The notes beneath the pieces are model-generated. The model saw only the letters and a list, made by a program, of their open reading frames with translations. It was not told the origin of the DNA and did not search any database. A program made the translations under genes and the position numbers. From contig NW_002060945.1 in NCBI RefSeq assembly GCF_000150275.1, positions 5,980,991 to 6,044,990 on the forward strand: DNA of 64,000 nt, given 5' to 3'. Shown piece by piece: positions 41,563-53,635 of the stretch (the stretch's first letter is position 1; each line of letters opens with the position of its first letter). The stretch is from Trichoplax adhaerens (Eukaryota; Animalia; Placozoa).

Positions 41563-44500
41563 TTAAGAGTTATTCGATAAAGCATCTGTCGTAGTCTTCT
41601 TCCTTTTTCTTGAGCTAACTTGTTGAGGATTTCTATATAACATATTAATTAAATGCAAAAAAATAAAGAGTTAATTTTATATTAAGTCACTGACAGATTC
41701 CAAAATCTAATGGTAAACCAAACATGTACTATAGGATAGACAGCCCTTACCTAGCTATAGTTGATAGAATGTTTTTACATACGCCTTTAGAGTTTGCAAA
41801 TTCTGATGAGCTTACTAGTTTCTCAAGGATGATTTTGATATCATTCAAATCACATGATCTGCAAGCCTGCATACGAATATTAAATCGTAATAACGTTACA
41901 GACTGTCATATTATACCATTCATCTTTAACTACCACTGACCTCGGCATTATTTCTCACATAGTTGGCGTACTTCAATACTAGCTTCAAAAAATCCTTTAA
42001 ATGTTTCTTCTTTAACTCTGATTTCATCTCTACGATTTCATTCAACATCTTAGAGATTTACAAAAGAGAAATATACACATACAATTAAAATAATATTCTT
42101 AGCAATATGAGAATTCAATACAGAAATTTTCGCTTTATCCCTACCGATGTAAAAAGCGCTTCAATTTTATTGCAGTAATCATTAAATGATTTCTTAAGAA
42201 GATCCTACACAAAGATACGATAACAGCAAACATGATATTTTCGGTAATAAGGTTAGGCCTAATAATACGTCATAAAATATATGTGTAATTACATAAGGCT
42301 GGATAGCAGTTATAATTGCTGAAATTAGGATAGAAGCTTGTGCCTAAAATATTCGAGATACAGTAAAACATACGTCAATTTGAAGCTTACACGATAAATT
42401 TAATTTCCCTCGGTTTATAATTATTATATGAAATCGTGTAATACCTTCCTAAAGCTATTAATGCTATTTTGAAGATGGTACAGAAAATCTTCAGTTAGAT
42501 CAAAAGATATTTCCTAAACCAAACGAACGTACATCCACATTAACTAATAGAAAGCTTATAAATATTTGTTACATCCCAACTTTAGTGCCAGCATACATGC
42601 AGCAATTTAATTTAGTTTTTACCGGGTATCGTCTGATCATTTCTGTACAGAAAGTAGTTGTGACTTTTGTTTTTCTATCAAATTAAAGAATAAATATTCA
42701 GTACATAAATTTTTTATTATACAGTCTAACTAAATAGCACCATGCGAAAGAGTTATTACTTGCTGGTCATGAAATCCTTGAGTATAAGACGGAATGACGA
42801 TTCTATGTGCTGCAATACACAACGGAGAAATGTTTCGTTGAGTCTTAGTAATTTACCCAAACATATCAAGTAACTTAACATGCAGTTTTAACCGGCATTT
42901 TTACGTTCATACGATTTTACGCCAAATTTACCGGTATCATATATTCTTTATTAGCATTCGATTGATTTTTCTTTGCTTGAGATTGTCGCCTTGTCTTTAA
43001 TGGGGACAGTCCGATTTCTGGATTAATTCCTCGCAGAACACGTATCTGAAAATTTATCAATTTATCATAGCCATTAGATACGATTTATACTATAGCTAAA
43101 CAAATCGCAAATCAATTAGTCAGTAACAATATCCAAAATTCATGATGAAACTTACTAAGAAAAAATATATTATACTATTCGTCGCAAAAGTGGCCTGGGA
43201 AGAAGCTATATTTTATGTTAGTAATTAATTTACGATATGAAATGGTATTGATAACAGTGTTAAAATAATTTTTAATACATTTTAAAAGCTTGTCTGTAAC
43301 TTCATTGAAGATCTCTACAGCATGATCAACATTCATTTTATCGCCACGGCAATACTATGAGGTATTAAAGAGAAAAAAAATATTGTTGACTATTTCATCA
43401 CAGGTATTACCTGGATACACGTATACTTTAGCGAGCCTATTATAACATACATCTTGAATTTTGCATAGCTTATTTTTTAATATGCTTCCCGTTCTTTCGA
43501 TGAATTCTTTATTGTCTTTACTCTTAGAAGTTGTAGTTATACTCAATAATGGGAGGACTAGGTCCTATAAAAGCATAATTATTCCTTAAATTTAACAATT
43601 ACCTGAACATGGGAATTGAACATAACAATATGCGCGTAACTTACCACAATTAAAGGACTAGATGGACATTGCTTAATGAATACTTCGATAAGATCCAGAA
43701 CTCTAAAATAATTTACAGATTAATGAATTACCGAATGTTAAACTGATAGCTGCACTTATCACACTTAAATGTTTTAGTAAAAATAACGACTAACCTTAGC
43801 TTGTAATACATGATTGTGCGCTTGGTTTCTAAAAACGATAAAAAGATACTGTACCTTAAGCAAATCTTACATGAAATACAAACTTGAGAAGTGAAAGAAA
43901 CACTAATATCCTGCTGGATAAAATTTTATACATTACATTATACCTTTTTTTGCTTTTCCATGACTTGCTAACTCTAATCGTTTCTTGAAAGCGGCAGAAA
44001 GAGCATCATCAAGTTTTAGCATTGTTTCGTCATCATAATCTGACAGACTTGCATCGCTGTCATCCTGTACCAAAAGGCTGATGACGTTAGTCATACACAA
44101 ACAACAATCATATACCGTAGTATTGAAACTATCATCCTTATTATTTCCCTATTCCAAGCAAGGATACATTTACATTATATTAATTGATTGTTAAGATTCA
44201 ACAGGCAAATTTACCTCCATGTCATCAGCGGCATCACCTAAAGCAGTACGGACTTCCTGTCGAAATCCTTCATCTATCGTTTCAGTTTCTTCCTCACTTG
44301 ATTCCTCTTCATCATTTGATTCCTCTTTATTACTTAATTCTTCATCAAGCTGAAATAGTAAAACGATTGGTTGAACCGATAATTATACCAATGATGAATC
44401 ATTGGAAATTCGTATAATTTATAGCTGTGGATTGTATGGTATATAATACAATGTGCAAAAGTTGTACATTAATGCAGTGCGTTTCTTACAGATTCAGCTT

Positions 44501-47500
44501 CGTCATCGTCTTGGAAACCTATATTCCAGAGTTCGAAAAACATAAAATTCATGCACTTTTCTATATTTAATATAAGGAAAATTTAAAGAATTTCCTCATA
44601 CCTGATACAACTTCTACAGAAGATTCTTGACCCATTTCATTTTTAGGATCGATGATCTTCGAACGTAAGCAATTAATTGATTTTAGAAACAACGCTAAAT
44701 CATTAAATTATAAAATTTCAACCACGAAAGATATGAAACTCACATCAGTTATAGATTTTAAGCCATCAGAAGTCAAGTGATTGCAAATAAGTTGAAATAC
44801 GCTATTGCATAATGATCGTAGCATGCTAGATGGGTACGTCATAAGGCTAAGTAGGATCTCAGTCAAAACTTCAATCCATAGTGGTTCTATCGTGATATAT
44901 AAAGTAATTAATTATGAGTTACATAAAGACAATATAACGTATAGGAAAATACAAGCTAAATTATATAAACCATTACATCTAACAAATACAGGTAATTAAT
45001 CGATCAATCAATCAGCCTGATCTTACCTTTCTTTTTGCTATTAGCTTGTTTCTTTGCAGATAATTTATTATAGCAGACTTGCAATTCCTACAAAACAGAT
45101 ACCTCAGTTATATTCAACAAATGACAAAATAAAATTGTAATCGGGTATAAAATGTATTTGAAAACTTAAGAATACACACTTTAATTAGTTCAATAGAATT
45201 CTCGGTATTTTCAAAGATTGTAAGACCAAGATGAGAAAATAATACTTCAAAAGCAATACTTTCAGGTTTATTATCTTTAATAGACTAATAAACAAATAAG
45301 AAATAAAAACGAGTAGGTCATTAATCTCTAAACGTTGTAATCCGGGATATCGCAACAGTTAAACATGTATAGATATTAATACGTACTTTTTCGTGAATTC
45401 TTTTAATGATTGAGATTAAGTCATTGACGATATCATTTATCTAACCGCATAAAACAAAGTATTGTTTAACAAAATTCTAATAATAATAATAATAATTGCT
45501 AAGAGAAGATGTTGCCGTACCGAATTAGAGTGCTCGACTGATTCAATTAATTTACATTCCTGTTGATACAATTCCTATCACAGTAGATGATATAATTAAC
45601 GATTAAATTATTAAAGTAAATAATATGAGATAAGCCTAATCGCAAAATTCGCATTACTCTAGTTAGCAATAAGATTTCATATCCCCAGTAAAATCCGTTA
45701 CTCATTCGACCAGCCATTGGAAGCTGCTTTGGAGCACGTTTATTTGTTACGGAAGAAGTCGAATCAGAACAGCGGTTTGATAATTCGGCTAATGCACTTT
45801 GTAGACGTTCGCATAATACTTTCCTAACGACTTCCGAAATTTCCACAGCCTAAGGAGGAGCATCAATAAATACCAAAGATATAATTACAATTTGACTTAA
45901 ATTGGTTATTAATTATGAGTGGCTTAATTTTAATGCCTTACCTTAATTGAATCGTCAATATCATTAGTGGTTGTAAAAAATGAATGAAATAATAAAAATT
46001 TTAAAACATCTACCACCCAACTTTCGTCAGTTGTTGATAACTTGTAGGACTTCATCAACGCTAACATCTGGACATAAAAAGAAACGGTAAGAAACAAAAT
46101 CTGCTAGTAAGGACTGAAGGTAACTTCCTACTTGATTTGCGACCCATATTCTTGACTGCTCTAGTCCACATTTTTCCCTGTTCATTAAAACGATAACAGC
46201 ATTATAATAGATATACATGCACACAAATATTTCGTACTATCAGCTACAAACCACCTACGTTGCCTGAAAAATAGTTTCATATCCAAAATTGAAGACGCTC
46301 TTTATCATTGAAAGATACGCCAACAAAGATTTCGACTGCATCTAGCAAGCCGCAAAGAGATTCGATATCTTTATTAATAACAGACGTGTGAAATTCATGT
46401 TTCAAATATATCGTACCTTAGCAACAATTGACTGTACAGTTTTGGTATGGGTGATACTATCAAAATTGATATGACCCTGACTAAAGGTTAAATTGATAAA
46501 ATTGAATGGGTTAAATTTTTGCATTCGCATGTCATATCTTCCACATGAAAGTTTTCTTTAAGTGAACAAATATAAATCATAAGGAAATCACTCACTTGCT
46601 AATAAGTTGCTTAACAATATGAAAAGATAGGAGTGAATCGTCCTTTTCAGCAAAATTTTCAAGAAATGTAGCCTAATTTCCAAATCAGTGTCAATTAAGA
46701 TATTAGGTACATCAACTAACTAATAACCTGTATTAGAATATCGTTTCAGACAATTTGAAGTGAAAATGACAGACCAAATGCTTAGCCGCATCATACAGAT
46801 AGGCTTTAGTTGAGGATAACGAATTGATAAATGTCCGTAAAAACTCCTTAGATAGTACCACGTTAACCTAAGAATAGTAAATTGAATTTGAAAATCACTT
46901 ACTAACGAACTAATCAAAATATAAATTCGATAGTGCAATTTATCGAAAGTAATAAATAAGAATTAAATGTTTTGTAAATTGCATTTTATTGCATGTATTG
47001 CCTGATCATCGCCTATTTTCGGTATAATGGCTTGGACGATCTTAAAGACTAAAAACTTTCGCTCGTGACTTGAACTTAGTAAAACATCTGCAAAAGATAA
47101 AAGCCACGTATACCGGAACATATTTACTATTCATTTATGGACCTCATGGATAATGATACATCTTACTTACTATTTATAACTGTATCCCAGAATGTGGCTA
47201 GCACGGAAAAGGAATTTTTTATATTATCGAATAAAAAATCTAAAACTTCTCCCCAGATGTTATGTACGCGTGGATGTGTATATGTTGAATCCTACAGATT
47301 TTACGAATCGGTTGAACATTAGCAATTTCCTATAAATCATCCATTCATTTGGTACTTTTTCTATGTAAGCAGTGTTTTAAATTAGCCAATAAGAAATTGC
47401 TATGATCGGGATGATTTACTGGTATATATGATAATATTGATTATATGACATGGCGAAATTGCAGTAGCATCGTTCCTACCTTTAGAATATCAGCCATCTT

Positions 47501-50447
47501 TGCATAATTTTTAGTATCAAATACTGGTGTATCACCCCAATCTTTTGATAAGAGTTTCTGATATGGCTTGTTCTAGAAATTATAATTATGCGCTATGATG
47601 AACCGTGTATACATACATGGTTAAGCTTATTGCGATAATAGTGCTTATAATGATTAACAAAACTGCTGTTAACGCAATTTTCTCCTATTATGACTAAGTG
47701 TTACATGGCGTAGCATTTGGAGACGATAACGTTTGTAGCGTCTCATAAGATATAGTCCAGTTTACTCATAATATGATATACCATGGTAGCAATGGATGAG
47801 GATATGTGGATTTAACTGGGTAATAGCACCATTGCAAGCTGTTAGTGTATGAGTAATTGCGACTAAAATCATAATTACTCTACCATTCATTACCTTATAT
47901 GCTTTCTCGATGCAAAGAACAACCATTAGAGCCTCAGGTGTCGTTTCATTCCATCCTTTCTGAAGATCAGTTTGTAAAATAGGTGCAATATGCCTTACAA
48001 ATAGCTTAAAAGGGACCTATTTAATAAATTATCATAAATTTTATCACGATGCAGATTTATAGAACCTGTAATAGTGACACTACGTGAAACACTAGATTGC
48101 GATTTTATTACCTTTTTAATTATATCAACAATTCCTGTAATAGCAATCTCTCGTATATAATTTTTCTCTTTGCTTAATTGGAACAAATTCTTTGTCACCA
48201 GAACCAAGTCATTAGCATCGGCTTCCTACAATATTAAAACAGATAGGAGCTCTTTATTGGAAAATTTAGATTCTTACAAAATATATAATAAGATTAAATT
48301 ACTTACAGTTCTCATATCAACTGTCAGTAAATTATCTAGCAGAGACATCTAAGCTACACGATAGTTTGTACATACGATACGGTATTTTTATAACCTTGCC
48401 AGCTATGGTAAGTACTGATACGCCAGAAGACTTACTTTATCTTATATTTACGAACGTTGCTTTGATATCAATTTAATAAGTACGATAGAATGCTAGTAAA
48501 GCCTTCGTGGTAAATTATGTAGGAATATTGAAGTATGGAAGCTGTTACATTATATTGCTATAGCGATAGGCTAATTAAATTTTTAGATTGTTGCATTTTA
48601 TACTAATTCAGTAGTCTATGAGCTACGTTATTCACCATATGATTCAGGAGCAATGGCTCAATTAGGTAATAAATAGATCTACTATTAACGTACCGTAAGA
48701 TCAAATGTAATCGTACGTTAATTAGTATTTAATACCCGTAGTGATCATGACCAAGTAGTAAGTAACTACTTAAGATAGATAGATTTATGCTTGAATTAAT
48801 ATTTGGTTATAATTATTTAAAATATTTAATAACACTCGTATATTGTACGAGTATAATATTAACGATTAAATAACAATATTTTTTTATGATTCTAGTAACT
48901 AACGTGGAAATGTTCTATGATTACATTTATTAATGAAAAGAATTAGACGAACCATATGATATAGTCTACCGGAAGAAATAATGCATAAGTTCACGAAGAC
49001 TTGGCCAATGTAGTTATTTCTTTTCTCCTAATAGGATAATTACGACAATAATGCATTCATTACTCATTAAATTACGGCTACTTAAGTATTGAACTACTAA
49101 CGTATCAATGCACAACTTACTGGATAATACTATATATTAAGTATTCAAGCATCAACTTTTCGATATTACAATATGATTGCAAGTACTCTAACCTCACTCT
49201 TAGCTGAATGGGTAACAATTAAATGTTCGGAAGACAGATGCAAGACACTTTCTATGGATACCTCGCGGAACTGTTTCAGTACCTGCCAATAAAATTAATC
49301 AATCAATCAATAGAAACTGAATGAGCTATCGGTAGTATAAAATGACGTAACTGGTTTACACATGTATAACTCACGTACTTCTGCAAGTAATGTAGAAAAG
49401 CCAAGTCTTGCAGCTTTCCTAAAGGATCCAAGACCTTTAACTAATCGCTGTACGGTATACTGGAGTTCGTTGCATAGCCGTTTGTCCAGCTAAAACAACA
49501 TTATTAGACAAGATAGTTAATGCTCTATTGCAGAAATAGCTAAACTTCATTTATAAATGCTTTGATAAAGATGTTTTGCATTTGAGATATCTCTATGAAC
49601 GCATCGTAGTTTATCTGATTACAACGTTCATAGGCTAACAGTAGTGCTTATAAGTTATCATTCCACTCGAGGTGAAATCAGCACTGTACTTTGGATAATG
49701 CGGTCCGGTGAGATAGCGTACTGTATGAACATTAATTCATTATCATGAGGTCAACGATGTTGGTACAAGTACATCAGTATTCATTCTCTAAACAGTTATT
49801 ATTTATCGACAGTATTATGAAAAGAGAGCATTCATTGATGGAAAGATATCTACATGTATGTAATGTAATACGAGAGAATAATTGATTATGCACTTTTAGT
49901 AGAAGAAATTCCTAGACCTTATCATAGTAATCATGCAATGTTAAATTATACTCATGCACAAACATGCGCGAATGTATGGCGCAGCGAAAAGCTGCAAACC
50001 AGGAAGGAACTATATGAAATGAAATTAGAACTACTGTCAACGTAATATCGTTCTTACTTTAATACTCCTCATCAGCTATGAGCTACTATCCACATTTGAG
50101 AAAATGACAGTGTAGATATGCAGAAATATACTAAGGTACAAGGCTCATTACAGTTATTCGATGATTTCTTATTATAGCACATTGTATGTTAATGCAAATT
50201 TCGGTAAGCAGGATTTTCAATGCTAATGTAGCAATAATTGAAATTCATTATTACAATGTAACGTTAGTGTTGATACCTGCATGTTAGGCTGCTTTTGCTC
50301 GCTGTATTCTTTCTGCAGTCGTAAGACTACTGTAAGAATGTTTTCAGCAGATAGCAACCTTTCGTCTTCATCAACAGATGCTAAGGTCCAGAAATAGGGT
50401 AAGATGTCATTCTGTGCATCACTATTAAGGCGTACTTTCTTAGCCAT
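41563..50447 (-). CDS. MYBBP1A: Myb-binding protein 1A / Pol5 (DNA polymerase phi domain), nucleolar protein, many short exons
   Basis: First exon MAKKVRLNSDAQNDILPYFWTLASVDEDERL. Exon ~49378-49489 gives YTVQRLVKGLGSFRKAARLGFSTLL (family motif YAL-RLI-GL-S-R--AR-GFS). Acidic region with DYDDETMLKLDDALSAAFK at ~43945-44350. Basic C-terminal tail SSRKRKK, TAA at 41563. Confidence 0.9.
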
Positions 50448-51361
50448 TTTGAATTCGTTGAAGGAGATACAAGATGTAGTGACCTCAACCGGAGCAGGTG
50501 ACGTGCAATTCTTCAACCTTTTTGGTGTCAGCTCAAAGCAGAATCTGCAGTACTGTCCTATACAGTAGTACCAAAGCAGTACCGAGTCCTATACTGTGCT
50601 AACCAAATCATTGTGACCACAGTGGTTAACTTAGTACAGTACTAGTAGGGGGCAGATCGCGACTCACGTGCCTCATTCTGCTGTACAATGTACAGTACCA
50701 TCTTTTACAGTACTGTATACTGTGCACGAGTGACTTCTACTGTATACTGTACTGTACTGTAGAGTAAATTCATCTTATTAGGAGTTTCCGATTGCTAACT
50801 GCAACGTGGCTATTCGCCATTATAGCATTTCATAGATCTCTTGCATCTTTCGTGCATTTACCATTTACTGAATTCAGTTTAGTTAATGCACTACGTAGTA
50901 CAAAGGCATTGAGAACAAGCCAAATCGTTGCAAACATACAAAAATTTTAATATTTCTCAGCGGCATCTAGCTGGTTTTATCGCTGGGTTTCGGCGTCAAA
51001 CTATCGTTCGGTCAAATTTGTTCGATTTGACTGAAATAATCGTCTTCCTGGTGTAAAACGGTATCGTTCATAAACGTAAATTAATGACATAGTAACAAAA
51101 ATAGACTGATTTCACTCAACTTAGCAACAACAGATTAACATTTTCATATGGTTAACCGCTGATGCAACGCCCTCTTTCCGTCGAAAACCGAAATCTAGAC
51201 CGACTACTATAGAGTTGATGATAATAATAATTTTTAGAGATAAGAACTCAAGAAACTCATTCATTCATGCGATACTTGAGAATTTAGTACTGTTAATGTA
51301 GCTGTAACAGTAGAGAGATGATTCCTATTGATGTACCGCAGATTTACTCTTCCATTCAACA
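50448..51361. promoter_or_regulatory. Bidirectional promoter region between MYBBP1A (-) and NAGLU (+)
   Basis: 914 bp between divergent ATGs. Dense TACTG/CAGTA cluster at 50545-50765, E-box CACGTG at 50665-50670, AGGGGGCAG at 50647-50655. Confidence 0.6.
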
Positions 51362-53635
51362 ATGACCACTATTGCAAGTACTTGTATTTTGATATTTCTT
51401 TATCTATTCACTATTGCCTTTGCAACTGGAGACCGTTATCAACGGTTCCCATCGTTAAAGGCGATCAAACCATCCACAGATGAAATTACTCAGCGAAATG
51501 CTGTGAAAGACTTAATTGCAACATTACTCCATGAAAGAGCTCAAGAATTAGATATTAAGATTAATAATAGTATTCCAAAGTTAAGTCCTGACGCTTTCGA
51601 GCTCGATTCAGATGATAAACAAATCTTGATTACTGGCAGTAGCGGAGTTGCTGCTGCTTTTGGTGTTCATCATTATCTTAAATATTATTGTAAAGTTCAT
51701 TTATCTTGGACTGGTGATCGATTGAAATTGCCTCAAACTCTACCAAAATTGAGTCAAAAAATTCATGTGGAGATTAATCAAAAATTTCGATATTATTTTA
51801 ATGCTTGTACTTTTAGCTATTCTATGGTATGGTGGGATTGGCAACGATGGAAAAAAGAAATTGATTGGATGGCATTAAATGGTATTAATATGCCCTTAGC
51901 ATTAACTGGTCAAGAAGGTATCTGGACCAAAGTATACAAAAAGCTGGGCTTAACGTTCGCTGATTTGGATAATTTTTTTACCGGCCCAGCATTCTTAGCT
52001 TGGAATCGAATGGGTAATATACAACGATGGGCTGGTCCACTACCTCATGATTGGATTAATAAACAAATAACGTTGCAAGTCAAAATCTTAGATCGTATGA
52101 GGAAATATGGCATGTTACCGATCTTACCAGCTTTCAATGGTAATATTCCAAATGCTTTAACTAAAATCTATCCCAAAGCTAAAATTGTCAAAAGTTCCCC
52201 TTGGTTCGGTTTTAGTAAGCGCTACGGCGAGACTGCTTTATTAGACCCTAGAGATAAGCTGTTTATAGTTATTTCAAAGTTATTTATTGAAGAAGAAATT
52301 AAAGCCTATGGTACTGATCATTTATATAGCCTTGACCTATTTAATGAAATTGATCCGCAATCCAAGGAATTAGAATATCTAACTGCTGTTAGTAAATCAG
52401 CATATTTAGCTTTAAATTCTGCCGATACTAAAGCTGTCTGGATTATGCAAGGATGGATGTTTTATAACGATAATTACTACTGGGAAAATAAACGAATACA
52501 AGCATTTCTATCGCCAATACCAAAAGGACGAATCGTTATATTAGATTTATTTGCGGAAGTTGAACCTCAATATCATCGTAGCAACTCATTTTTTGGTCAC
52601 CCATTTATTTGGTGTATGCTTAATAATTTTGGTGGAAATGCAGGGATGTACGGTACGTTTGAAACCATAACAGAAGGTGCAATTTCGGCCTACGATATGA
52701 AAAATTCAACCATGATTGGTACTGGTATGGCACCAGAAGGTATCGGAAATAATTATATTATGTATGATCTAATGGCTGAAATGGGATGGAGGAAGATTGC
52801 GGTTGATGTTCGCGATTGGGTTGTTGTCTATACGGAACGTCGCTATGGTGGACTAGACGAGAATATTATTAAAGCATGGCTTCGATTAAGTGAAACGGTC
52901 TACAACTGTAATGATATGAGACAATACCATTGTCGAGCACTACCAGCTGTTAGACCGTCGTTAAAAATCGCCAACGATGTTTGGTACAGTGCTGATGATA
53001 TTTTTTTTGCTTGGGAACATATGTTAAGAGCGAATAACGAATTCATCTCCGAAGAAACATTTCAGTATGACATCGTGGATGTGACACGTCAGGCTTTACA
53101 AGAATTAGCATTTATAATGTATAAGAAGGTAACCCAATGTTACCATGATAATAATCAGGAAACGTTGAAAACAGCTGGAGGTGAATTGATTGAATTATTC
53201 ACTGATATGGATACACTATTAGGAACGAATTCACATTTCCTATTAGGGCGCTGGGTAGCAGATGCATTACAGCATAGTAATAATATATCAATTAAACAAC
53301 AACTGCGATTTAATGCTCTAAATCAAATAACACTGTGGGGTCCATCTAAATCAATATTGCATGATTATGCTAACAAAATGTGGAATGGGCTAGTTGATAA
53401 ATTCTATAAAAAGCGCTGGTTAATGTTTATTAAAGCGCTATCAGATTCCATTTCTAATAATATTTTATTTGATCAGCAGAAATTTAACCTCGCTGTACAG
53501 AAATTTGAAGCGGCTTGGGCAAGTGAAAACAATACATATGCTACCACTAGTAGCGGTAGTAGCGTAACTGTATCGAAGCAATTATTCTCAAAATATAAAA
53601 AAAACATCGAAAAATATCGACAATTGCAAACTTGA
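51362..53635 (+). CDS. NAGLU: Alpha-N-acetylglucosaminidase (GH89), single coding exon, 757 aa
   Basis: Signal peptide; RYYFNACTFSYSMVWWDWQRWKKEIDWMALNGIN; FFTGPAFLAWNRMGNI; catalytic Glu motifs DLFNE and GMAPEGIG; PFIWCMLNNFGG; NQITLWGP; DYANKMWNGL. Confidence 0.97.
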   Translation: MTTIASTCILIFLYLFTIAFATGDRYQRFPSLKAIKPSTDEITQRNAVKDLIATLLHERAQELDIKINNSIPKLSPDAFELDSDDKQILITGSSGVAAAFGVHHYLKYYCKVHLSWTGDRLKLPQTLPKLSQKIHVEINQKFRYYFNACTFSYSMVWWDWQRWKKEIDWMALNGINMPLALTGQEGIWTKVYKKLGLTFADLDNFFTGPAFLAWNRMGNIQRWAGPLPHDWINKQITLQVKILDRMRKYGMLPILPAFNGNIPNALTKIYPKAKIVKSSPWFGFSKRYGETALLDPRDKLFIVISKLFIEEEIKAYGTDHLYSLDLFNEIDPQSKELEYLTAVSKSAYLALNSADTKAVWIMQGWMFYNDNYYWENKRIQAFLSPIPKGRIVILDLFAEVEPQYHRSNSFFGHPFIWCMLNNFGGNAGMYGTFETITEGAISAYDMKNSTMIGTGMAPEGIGNNYIMYDLMAEMGWRKIAVDVRDWVVVYTERRYGGLDENIIKAWLRLSETVYNCNDMRQYHCRALPAVRPSLKIANDVWYSADDIFFAWEHMLRANNEFISEETFQYDIVDVTRQALQELAFIMYKKVTQCYHDNNQETLKTAGGELIELFTDMDTLLGTNSHFLLGRWVADALQHSNNISIKQQLRFNALNQITLWGPSKSILHDYANKMWNGLVDKFYKKRWLMFIKALSDSISNNILFDQQKFNLAVQKFEAAWASENNTYATTSSGSSVTVSKQLFSKYKKNIEKYRQLQT

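Noticed and set aside
44160-44167. GTATCCTT (U12-type donor) on the minus strand in MYBBP1A; another at ~24926 in CNTLN
   Set aside because: Both fall inside introns that already have conventional GT-AG ends, not at exon boundaries.
51362-53635. NAGLU as bacterial contamination or recent HGT
   Set aside because: Animal-like motifs and signal peptide, host-like AT content, no operon context, contiguous with intron-rich genes. Ancient HGT is not formally excluded.
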